NCBI GenBank assembly: GCA_049300255.1 | Contig: JBAQJJ010000030.1 | Location: 24,531 to 88,530, forward strand | Direction: 5' to 3' | Length of the DNA stretch: 64,000 nucleotides | Origin: Thermoplasmata archaeon | GTDB taxonomy: Archaea > Thermoplasmatota > Thermoplasmata > Lutacidiplasmatales > UBA184 | Shown here: piece by piece, positions 56,188 through 64,000 of the stretch | Layout of the letters: each line of letters opens with the position of its first letter | How positions within the stretch are numbered: the first letter of the stretch is position 1 | The notes under the pieces: model-generated | Seen by the model: only the letters and a program-made list of their open reading frames with translations | The model's database searches: none | What the model was told of the DNA's origin: nothing | Program-made: the position numbers and the translations under genes

Positions 56188-58095
56188 TTACTTGCCCGCG
56201 AATTTCGGAGGGCGTCGCTCAAGGAACGCTTGCATGCCCTCGGTTCGGTCCGCGGTTCCGAAGGTGTGGCCCGCCGATTCCCCCTCGAGGTGCAGGGCGG
56301 TGGCGAGCGGGGCGTCGAGCCCCTGGTCGATTACCCGCTTGATCCACTGGACCCCCAGCGGCGCCCGACTTGCGATGGTCTGCGCGAGGCGCTCGGTCTC
56401 TTCCCGTGCCGTAGCTGCCGGATAGATCCGCTCGACGAATCCAAGGCGATGCGCCTCTTCCGCCGAGACGGGGATCCCTGAGTAGACGAGTAACTTCGTT
56501 TTGGCGGGACCGATCCGCCGGGTCAGACGACTCGCGCCCCCCATCCCCGGGTGGATCCCTACCGTGACCTCGGGGAGACCAAGTTGAGCGCCTTCGGCCG
56601 CCACGATCAGGTCGGCGGCCAACGCGATCTCGAGCCCCCCTCCGAGGGCAAAGCCCTCTACGAGCGCCAGGACGGGGCGGGGAAATTCGGCGATCACCCG
56701 AGCGACGCGCTGCCCGAGAAATCCGAAAGCAAGCCCCTCCGCGAGGTCCTTTCGGGCCATCTCACGGATATCCGCTCCGGCCGCAAAGACCGGAGCCGAG
56801 CCCGCGAGCACGACACAGCGGAGTTCCGCGTCGTGGAGGAGCGAGTGAAACGTTGCTTCAATCTGCTCGAGCAGCTCGGAGTTGAGAGAGTTCAGCACCT
56901 CCGGCCGGTCCAGCAACACCCACGCCACCGGGCCGTGCCGGTCCACGCGAACGAGGTTCAACGGCCATCGCTCTTCCTTCCGTGTGACGCGGTCTCGGAG
57001 TTCTTGCGAGATGGGAAAGGAGGGGCCCCAGGCTCGCGCGTACGCCTCGACCTGCGCGAGACCCTCGGAGAGGCCAATCCCCGAAAGTAGCGCGAACGGT
57101 CCGCGTCGCCATTTGAGCCCCACGACGGCGCCGCGATCAATGGCCTCGGGGCTGGCAACTCCTTCCTCCGCCAGCCGGGTCGCGATACCGATCACCAACC
57201 CTAAGAATCGATCCCGGACGGCGGCCTTCCGATCGGGTTCGAGCTCGGCGCTCTTCCAGCCCCAAGGCTGGCCGGAGCGGAACTGCGATTCCAGCAGCGG
57301 GGCGACTGTGTAGGGTCCGCCGAAGGCGGTCGCGAGGGTCGTCTCGGAGTGGAGAGCGATGGGTATCCCGGTCACGTTCATCAGCTCGAACGGGCCGAGC
57401 GAGGTCTCGAATAGCTCGCGCCCGACCTCTTCGATCGTCCGCAGGTTCGCCACGCTTTCGCCCGCCATTCGAGCCGCTTCGTTTAGGTATGGGACGAAGA
57501 ATCGGTTGACCGCGAATCCGGGGCTATCCCGGACTTGAATGGGAATCTTGCGGAGCGCGTATCCGAACTGCTCTAGCACGCGGACCACGCTGGGATCAGT
57601 CTGGTCGCCGGCAATCACTTCGAGCAGTTTGTTGAGCGCCGCCGGCCAAAAAAAATGAAGACCCGCGAAGCGCGAGGGACGCGGAAAATTCTGCTGTAGT
57701 TTCGTGACCGAAAGAGAAGAAGTGTTGGTCGCGACGATCGCATCCGGACCGGCGACGCGAGCGACTTCGGTAAACAGGGCCGTCTTCACCGCCTCGTCCT
57801 CGAAGACCGCCTCGATCACGAGCGCCGCGCCGTCCACGGCGGCTGCGAGCTCCGTGGTGAAGGCAATCCGGCCCAGGATCTCGTCGCGACGGCTCGTGGT
57901 CAGTTTCTTCCGCTCGATACCACCCTGGAGGGTCTTTTCGATCGAACTTTGGCCTCGGGCGAGAATCGCGGCGTCAAGGTCGCGGACCCGAACCGAGAAC
58001 CCGGCCTGGGCGCAGGCTTGGGCGATCCCGCTCCCCATGTTCCCTCCCCCGAGAACCGCAACGAACGCGGGGGCACGGAGATTCGAAATCGGCAT
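56188..58095 (-). CDS. fused 3-hydroxyacyl-CoA dehydrogenase / enoyl-CoA hydratase
   Basis: N-terminal GGGNMGSGIA Rossmann motif and HFFWPA signature. C-terminal crotonase fold (FAAGADI, ALGGGLEIALAAD). Confidence 0.85.
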   Translation of the reverse strand: MPISNLRAPAFVAVLGGGNMGSGIAQACAQAGFSVRVRDLDAAILARGQSSIEKTLQGGIERKKLTTSRRDEILGRIAFTTELAAAVDGAALVIEAVFEDEAVKTALFTEVARVAGPDAIVATNTSSLSVTKLQQNFPRPSRFAGLHFFWPAALNKLLEVIAGDQTDPSVVRVLEQFGYALRKIPIQVRDSPGFAVNRFFVPYLNEAARMAGESVANLRTIEEVGRELFETSLGPFELMNVTGIPIALHSETTLATAFGGPYTVAPLLESQFRSGQPWGWKSAELEPDRKAAVRDRFLGLVIGIATRLAEEGVASPEAIDRGAVVGLKWRRGPFALLSGIGLSEGLAQVEAYARAWGPSFPISQELRDRVTRKEERWPLNLVRVDRHGPVAWVLLDRPEVLNSLNSELLEQIEATFHSLLHDAELRCVVLAGSAPVFAAGADIREMARKDLAEGLAFGFLGQRVARVIAEFPRPVLALVEGFALGGGLEIALAADLIVAAEGAQLGLPEVTVGIHPGMGGASRLTRRIGPAKTKLLVYSGIPVSAEEAHRLGFVERIYPAATAREETERLAQTIASRAPLGVQWIKRVIDQGLDAPLATALHLEGESAGHTFGTADRTEGMQAFLERRPPKFAGK

Positions 58096-58447
58096 CTAGG
58101 TTCCACCGGGGAGAGAATACCGCTCGCGTCGCGGGGGAGTCGGGCTCGGATATTAACGGTTCTTCTTCGAAGGCGGAAACGAGCGATGACCAGGGCGTCG
58201 GTATCGATCGGCCGAGTTTTCCCGGGTCAACGCCATGTCGCATTTGCCTCAGAGAAACAACCGAAGTCAATGACTGGTGCCAAACCCCTTACCTCAAGTC
58301 CTCCCTCTCGCACCGGTTTCGTATTCCACGCTCTTCCTCAACCTTGACCCATTCCCTGAGCCTGGCAAAAAGTTCTGACCGCGCTGATAGAAGTAGGCTG
58401 AGCGCGGCGCCGAGCGATTCTTAAGCGTCCCCGAGATTCCGCCATAC

Positions 58448-59290
58448 GTGGGAATCTCCGTTGGCGATGGCGCCGTTCGATCGGCGCAGGAGATGGAACG
58501 ACAGTTTGTTCTCGCCCTCGGAGGATTCGCATTGGAGATCCCGGGCGCGACGTTGGTCACACACGAGCGGATCGCCGTACCTCGATTCAACTTCGCGCAG
58601 GAGGTCGTCGTGGGGCGCGAGCGGATCGCCGCGTTCTTCGAGCGAGCGCTGGATCATTATTTTCAGCGCGCCCTACGGCCCTCGTTTCGCGTTCCACTCC
58701 CCGTTCCTAAGTTTCTCGAATCCGCACTCGAGCAACTGGGATTCCGCCCCTCCGGCTCCCCCCTCACGCTGTTGCTGGCCGCGAATCCCTTGGAGACGGG
58801 GCCGGTCGGCGAGCTAACGATTCGGAGCGCGACGGCCGATGAACTCGATGCCGTGGTGTCCTTTTGGAGCGCGCCGAACGAGCGAGACGAGCTCCGGCGC
58901 GCGATCGATGTCGCCTGGCACCACCCGAATCCCGAGGAGTCGCTCATCCCGTGGCTGGCGTTCCAGGAGGAAGAGCCAGTCAGTGCCTCGCTCGTGTATC
59001 GCTATCGGCGGTCGACCGGCATCTTTGCAGTGTCAACTCGCACCGAGGAGCGTGGAAAGGGCGCGGCAACGGCCCTGGTCGGGGAGATCTTGAGGGCAAG
59101 CGGCCACCCTTCCGAAGCATCGATCGCGATCTGGTCCGAATCGCCCCGACTCGAACATCGGCTCGAGCGGTTGGGGTTTGCCGCCGCGCGACGCTATGCG
59201 GTCTTCACGCTTCCCGCCGACGCCGAGCTCTCGATCCCGCCTCCCGGCCCGCCGACGCCCCCCCGATGGCGGCCCCCGCGCAGGCGGTAG
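58448..59290 (+). CDS. GNAT family N-acetyltransferase (two-lobed)
   Basis: Acetyl-CoA loop RTEERGKGAATALV in the C-terminal half. The start is uncertain (ATG at 58493 also possible). Confidence 0.5.
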   Translation: MGISVGDGAVRSAQEMERQFVLALGGFALEIPGATLVTHERIAVPRFNFAQEVVVGRERIAAFFERALDHYFQRALRPSFRVPLPVPKFLESALEQLGFRPSGSPLTLLLAANPLETGPVGELTIRSATADELDAVVSFWSAPNERDELRRAIDVAWHHPNPEESLIPWLAFQEEEPVSASLVYRYRRSTGIFAVSTRTEERGKGAATALVGEILRASGHPSEASIAIWSESPRLEHRLERLGFAAARRYAVFTLPADAELSIPPPGPPTPPRWRPPRRR

Positions 59291-59309
59291 AAATCAGCGG
59301 CGAGCCGGC

Positions 59310-61670
59310 TCAGTTGCGCCGCAATCCGTCCAACTTCAAGCGTTGCTCGAGCGAGGCGATCGTGCGGATCGTGGGAATCACCGTATCCGCATTGAGCGAG
59401 ATCGAATCGATCCCCTGGCGCACGAGGAACTCTGCGAACTCGGGATACACGCTGGGGCCTTGCCCACAGATCCCCACAGAGGCACCCTCGGCATGCGCCC
59501 CCTCGATCAACATTTCGATCGCGCGCAAAACCGCCGGATCCCGCTCGTCGAAGTAGCCCATGCGCCCGAGCGTCTCGGAATCGCGGTCGGCTCCGAGTAC
59601 GAGCTGGGTCAGGTCGTTCGACCCGATCGAAAAGCCGTCACAGTGATGCGAGAACTCTCGTGCGAGCATCACGGTGGCCGGGACCTCGGCCATTAGATAA
59701 AGCTTGAAGTCCCGTGAGCGTTTCAGTCCCTTTTCCTTGAACATCTCGGCGATCTGCTCGAGTTCCCACGTGTTGCGGACGAAAGGGAGCATGACGTGCG
59801 CGTTCTTGAGCCCCTTTTCCGTTCGGACCTTTTGGATCGCGTCGAGTTCGCAGAGGAATGCGGGCCGGTACATCGGGGAGATGTACCGCGAACATCCGCG
59901 CCAACCGATCATCGGATTTTCCTCCTTCGGCTCGAACTCTTCGCCTCCCGGCATCCCCCGGTACTCGTTCGTCTTGAAATCCGACGTACGAACGATCACC
60001 GGCCTCGGGTAGAACGCTTGGCAGACTTGCGCAATCCCATCGGCCAACCGGTTGACGAGCTGGGCTTCTTTCCCCTGTTTCAGGAGTACCATTGGGTGCT
60101 CCCGAACATGCGCCGTAAAAATAAACTCGATTCGGAGAAGCCCGACTCCTTGCACCGGAAGTCGCGCATACTCGACCGCCTTTTCGGGGACGCCGACATT
60201 AACGAGAATCTTCGTGGCCGTCACGGGCGATGCATGACCCTCGTGCCCGCCGCTGGACGTCCCGCCCGTGCTGCCGATGGGGGGCGTGACCACCTTTGTC
60301 GCTCGTCCCAGGCCGGCGTACACGCTCCCAGTTTTGCCATCCACCGAGACCGCGCTTCCATCGGCGATCACCTTCGTCGCGGTTCGAGTTCCGACGACAC
60401 ACGGCACGCCGAGCTCGCGCGAGACGATCGCGGCGTGGCACGTCATCCCGCCTTCATCGGTGACGATAGCGGCGGCCTGCGCCATCGCCGGAACCATGTC
60501 CGGCGTGGTCATCGTCGTGACGAGCACCTCGCCGGTCTTGAGCTTGTCCATTTCCGCGGCTCGCAAGAGTAGCCGGGCCGTGCCACCCGCAATCCCGGGG
60601 CTCGCCCCGAATCCGCGTAATATCGGCGCCTCCTCCGAGGTCGATGGTGCCTCGGGCGGCGAAGACCGGGGGTTCCGCGCGTCGAGTGGACCGCCCGAGA
60701 CGTCCCCCGAGCCGGCGGGAATCGTAGTCACGGGTCGTGCCTGGACGATGTAGAGGCTTTGCGCGTCGGCGCACCACTCCACGTCCATGGGTCGACGGTA
60801 ATGGGATTCGATGACACGAGCCAACGAGGCCAATCGCTGGATTCGCTCGTCTGAGAGCTTCTGGACGGATCTTTCGGCGGCAGGGACCTCTTCGTGACGG
60901 TTACCTCCGGCCTCGGCACGAACCAGCCGAACCTTCTGCTCGGATATCTGTTTGTGGATAAGGCGCTGGGAAGCACCGTCCACGACGTAATGATCCGGGG
61001 TAATCTCCCCTCCTACGATCGCTTCCCCCAGTCCCCATCCGGCTTCAATGATCATGTGGTTCTCGCCGGTGTTGGGGTCCCGCGTAAAGAGGATCCCACT
61101 GACGACGGAATCGACCATCTTTTGGACCAACACCGCCAGGCGAACTGCGGAATGGTCGAATCCCTTCCGCGACCGGTACACCAATACCCGGGCGGTGAAG
61201 AGCGACCCCCAGCACTTTCGGACCGCCTTCAGAATCTCCTCGGTTCCCGTTACATTGAGATAGGTATCTTGCAACCCGGCAAAGGAAGCGCCTTCCAGAT
61301 CTTCGGCCGTCGCCGAAGACCGAACGGCCGAAAATTTCACCGCGTGCTCGGTCCGGTACGCCTCATACGCGGCCACGATCGATTCTCGCAGGCTCTTGGG
61401 AAACGCGGTCGATTCGAAGGCATGGCGGATCTCTTGCGCGGCCTCTTCGACCGACTCCGGGCGACCGGGGTCGAGCTTCGCGAGGGCCTGGGGAATGACC
61501 GTCTTGAGCGGCGTTGACGCGACGAAGGCTTCGTAGGCCTCGGTCGTGATAACGAAGCCCGGAGGAACGGGCAGCCCCTGCCGGACGACTTCCCCGAGTT
61601 TACCGGCTTTCCCTCCGACGAGCGCGATTTCCGAGTCGGAGACTTCGCTGAGCGCGACGACGAGCGGCAT
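59310..61670 (-). CDS. ppsA: phosphoenolpyruvate synthase (pyruvate, water dikinase)
   Basis: N-terminal ATP-grasp (VGGKAGKLGE), phospho-His domain GGMTCHAAIVSRELGVPCVVG and C-terminal PEP-utilising TIM barrel (GIGSNDLTQL). Confidence 0.9.
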   Translation of the reverse strand: MPLVVALSEVSDSEIALVGGKAGKLGEVVRQGLPVPPGFVITTEAYEAFVASTPLKTVIPQALAKLDPGRPESVEEAAQEIRHAFESTAFPKSLRESIVAAYEAYRTEHAVKFSAVRSSATAEDLEGASFAGLQDTYLNVTGTEEILKAVRKCWGSLFTARVLVYRSRKGFDHSAVRLAVLVQKMVDSVVSGILFTRDPNTGENHMIIEAGWGLGEAIVGGEITPDHYVVDGASQRLIHKQISEQKVRLVRAEAGGNRHEEVPAAERSVQKLSDERIQRLASLARVIESHYRRPMDVEWCADAQSLYIVQARPVTTIPAGSGDVSGGPLDARNPRSSPPEAPSTSEEAPILRGFGASPGIAGGTARLLLRAAEMDKLKTGEVLVTTMTTPDMVPAMAQAAAIVTDEGGMTCHAAIVSRELGVPCVVGTRTATKVIADGSAVSVDGKTGSVYAGLGRATKVVTPPIGSTGGTSSGGHEGHASPVTATKILVNVGVPEKAVEYARLPVQGVGLLRIEFIFTAHVREHPMVLLKQGKEAQLVNRLADGIAQVCQAFYPRPVIVRTSDFKTNEYRGMPGGEEFEPKEENPMIGWRGCSRYISPMYRPAFLCELDAIQKVRTEKGLKNAHVMLPFVRNTWELEQIAEMFKEKGLKRSRDFKLYLMAEVPATVMLAREFSHHCDGFSIGSNDLTQLVLGADRDSETLGRMGYFDERDPAVLRAIEMLIEGAHAEGASVGICGQGPSVYPEFAEFLVRQGIDSISLNADTVIPTIRTIASLEQRLKLDGLRRN

Positions 61671-61679
61671 GGCCCGAGC

Positions 61680-62705
61680 TCACTCCGGCGCGCGTTGCAG
61701 AGTGAAGGCCATGATGTCCGCCCGTGGCGAATAGGGGTGCACTGTATGCACCGTGGCGACGGTCCAATCCCCCGGGGAGTGGGTCTGCTGCACGATCTGC
61801 TCCTTCCGTCGCCCCGCATCCTCGCGGGCGACCAGCTCGTAGTAATAGAGCCGGCCACCGGGTGCGACAGCTTGTGCCACCGAGGGTAGGTACTTAATTC
61901 CTTCGTGGGGGAGGTTGAATATTACGCGCTCGGCGAGTTCGCCTCCCGAAAGAAACTCTTCGAATCGCTCGAGCCGGGGCTCTATTCGTTGCGCGAATGG
62001 GTATCGAGCGCGCGTCGCCTCCAGCAGTTCGATGGCTGCCGGATTCGCATCGACGGCGACGATCTTCCGGGACCGCGCCTCCTTTGCAATCGTGAGAGAG
62101 AATGGACCTACGCCGCAGCACAGGTCGAAGACGCGATCTCCGGCACGGACTTCCGTGGCAACTCGTTCGTGTTCACGCGCCAGGCGTGGGGAAAAATAGG
62201 CCCGATCGACTTCCACCTCGATTTCGATTCCGTTTTCGCGATGCCGGGTCCGCCACGAACCGGAACCGGAGATCGCGACCAAGCGACGTCGCCGCGTTTC
62301 GCCATGCACGCCAAAGTCGGCCCCTACCAACCTGGCGCCTGGCACGAACCGGCGAAGGGCGTCGCCGATCTCGGCGGATCGACTGCGTAACTCCTCCGGG
62401 ACTCGAACAAGCACGATGTCGCCCACTACATCGAACGATCGAGGAAGGAACCGGGCGTCCGCCTCGGTCCACGGAAGGAGGTCCCGATACGATCGCACGG
62501 AGGATTTGACCAACAACTCGAATTCGGCCTCGATCCACTCTCCCCAAGCCGGATCGGGCATGGCCGACGGAAGGACCGGAAAGACGAGATACTGGCCCTC
62601 TCGCCGGATCGCTAGCTCCGTGCGTAGTGCTCCGCTCGCGGCCAGTTGTGCGCGAATTTCCTCTCCGCGAGTACGATCGACCCGCAGTGCCGCACTCCGC
62701 GTCAC
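61680..62705 (-). CDS. trm5: tRNA (guanine37-N1)-methyltransferase Trm5 / Taw22 family (Met-10+ like)
   Basis: VFDLCCGVGPFS SAM motif and the NLPHEG catalytic motif. 4-nt overlap with the upstream apgM gene. Confidence 0.75.
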   Translation of the reverse strand: MTRSAALRVDRTRGEEIRAQLAASGALRTELAIRREGQYLVFPVLPSAMPDPAWGEWIEAEFELLVKSSVRSYRDLLPWTEADARFLPRSFDVVGDIVLVRVPEELRSRSAEIGDALRRFVPGARLVGADFGVHGETRRRRLVAISGSGSWRTRHRENGIEIEVEVDRAYFSPRLAREHERVATEVRAGDRVFDLCCGVGPFSLTIAKEARSRKIVAVDANPAAIELLEATRARYPFAQRIEPRLERFEEFLSGGELAERVIFNLPHEGIKYLPSVAQAVAPGGRLYYYELVAREDAGRRKEQIVQQTHSPGDWTVATVHTVHPYSPRADIMAFTLQRAPE

Positions 62706-63985
62706 GGAGTCTCGATCTGCGAACGACGCAAGAGCCCTAGGAGCTCGTTCCCGCGCCGCGTGCCGAGGCCTCCGTGCGCGGATGCCGCGTCCCCGAATTT
62801 CAGGCGCTCGGATCCGCTCGGAGGAGGGACCCCCGCTCCAACGAGTAATAAGGGCACTGGGTCGTCGGAGTGGCCCTTTCGAACGCAGGGCGTGGCATGG
62901 TCGGCCGTGATCGCAATTCGAGTGCGGCTCCAGTCGAGACCGCTGACAAAGGGACCAAAGAACGAAGCGTCGATCGCTTCCACAATCTCTTGCTTGAGCC
63001 GCGCGTTACCGTCGTGCCCCGGCTCGTCGGGTCCCTTGAGGTGGACGTACACGAATGGGTACTTTTCGAGCGCCTTCCGCGTTGCTTCCGCCCGCTCCCG
63101 GAAGCCCGTCGCTCGATCCGGTCCCATCGGACCTACGTAGAGGTCGGCCAGCCCGAGCAAGCGAGCGATTCCGCGTTCGACCGGCATCTCGGTCACCGCT
63201 GCGCCGTCGATTCCATACTTCTGCGTGAAGAGCTCAGGCACTCCGGGCGTCCGCCGTCCCGCGTTGCGCAGGAGTACGGCGTTCGCAATGAGTTTGCCCG
63301 CCAACGCTCGACGGGCGTTCACGCGATGGCCGGCGAGAATCTTCCCGGCTCGCATGGTGAAGTCGTTGATCCCGCGAGCGGTCCGGACTGCTTCGGGCGA
63401 CGAGTCCAACGGGCGCACAACGAGGAGGTGCGGTTGGGGGGCGGTCCGCGCTTTTCCCATTCCCCCGACCTTTTCGTAAAACGGGTCTGAATTCGATACT
63501 TGGTCCGAAAGCCGGCCACCCTCGCGCGGATGAAGCCAGAGGACCCCCCGATGCCCGACGGTCGCACGTACCTCGGCCCGGATACCTTCCGCCGCCAGGA
63601 GGTCGGCCTCCGTGAGGGAGCGCGCCAGCTCGGAAGCCTCGGCCGTCCCGAGGGATCGGCCCACCCTCGAATCGAGGACGGCTCCCTCGCCATCAACCGT
63701 AGCGAAGTTCAGACGGAGCGCCACATCGCCCGGATCTAAGGATATTCCGACGCCCTCCGCTTCGAGCACGCCGCGACCGGGGGAATCTCGCACAGGGTCG
63801 TACCCGAGGAGCGCTAGCACGCCGGCGTCGGATTCGGGCGCCACCCCGAGACCCACAACCACGACTTCGCCGGACTGCCCGAGCGTGAGCAAATGGTCGA
63901 GATTCGGCGTCCGAGCCGCCACGACCGGAGAGAGTCCTCCGGTGTCTGGATGCGGGAGGTCCCCGAGCCCGTCGAGGATGATCAA
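62702..63985 (-). CDS. apgM: 2,3-bisphosphoglycerate-independent phosphoglycerate mutase, archaeal type
   Basis: MIILDGLGD N-terminus, VHLKGPDEPGHDG and ITADHATP metal-site motifs. Confidence 0.85.
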   Translation of the reverse strand: MIILDGLGDLPHPDTGGLSPVVAARTPNLDHLLTLGQSGEVVVVGLGVAPESDAGVLALLGYDPVRDSPGRGVLEAEGVGISLDPGDVALRLNFATVDGEGAVLDSRVGRSLGTAEASELARSLTEADLLAAEGIRAEVRATVGHRGVLWLHPREGGRLSDQVSNSDPFYEKVGGMGKARTAPQPHLLVVRPLDSSPEAVRTARGINDFTMRAGKILAGHRVNARRALAGKLIANAVLLRNAGRRTPGVPELFTQKYGIDGAAVTEMPVERGIARLLGLADLYVGPMGPDRATGFRERAEATRKALEKYPFVYVHLKGPDEPGHDGNARLKQEIVEAIDASFFGPFVSGLDWSRTRIAITADHATPCVRKGHSDDPVPLLLVGAGVPPPSGSERLKFGDAASAHGGLGTRRGNELLGLLRRSQIETP

Positions 63986-64000
63986 CGCGAGGCGAGTATC

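Noticed and set aside
1-64000. Looked for CRISPR arrays, rRNA genes, transposases, integrases and IS-type terminal inverted repeats.
   Set aside because: No regularly spaced direct repeats and no recombinase or transposase motifs were seen in any listed ORF. This by-eye scan cannot exclude short or degenerate elements.

Overview
GC-rich archaeal chromosomal segment, densely coding on both strands. Archaea-specific markers include aRF1, RFC small subunit, archaeosine tRNA-guanine transglycosylase, Kae1, Taw1, Trm5, Sec61-beta, a geranylgeranyl reductase and ApgM. No lineage can be assigned without searches. I support about 58 protein genes, one tRNA-Arg(CCT), two decayed copies of that tRNA locus and a few TATA-like promoter elements. 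Content is mostly housekeeping: translation and tRNA modification, replication, molybdopterin synthesis, central carbon and sulfur-amino-acid metabolism, plus a copper-export module. There are also several N-X-S/T-rich membrane-anchored surface proteins. Many starts are ATGA/GTGA overlaps, or sit about 27 nt downstream of a TATA-like box, which fits leaderless transcripts. Two conserved small genes are missing from the ORF track because they fall under its length cutoff: Sec61-beta (31608-31769) and a YHS/TRASH metal-binding protein (36337-36477). The main hunt results are: (1) the tRNA-Arg locus with two degenerate direct copies bracketing two small cargo cassettes; (2) a pair of small paralogous proteins that share a DSEGA...YDFVYDW signature; (3) a 407-aa bactofilin-like beta-helix repeat protein in an operon with a winged-helix protein; (4) a roughly 950-aa coiled-coil protein; (5) a 999-aa surface protein with cytoplasmic zinc ribbons; (6) a BlaI/BlaR1-like three-gene module; and (7) a homocysteine-to-Cys-tRNA gene cluster. 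No CRISPR array, transposase or integrase was recognised. All calls rest on motif reading by eye, since no database search was possible.
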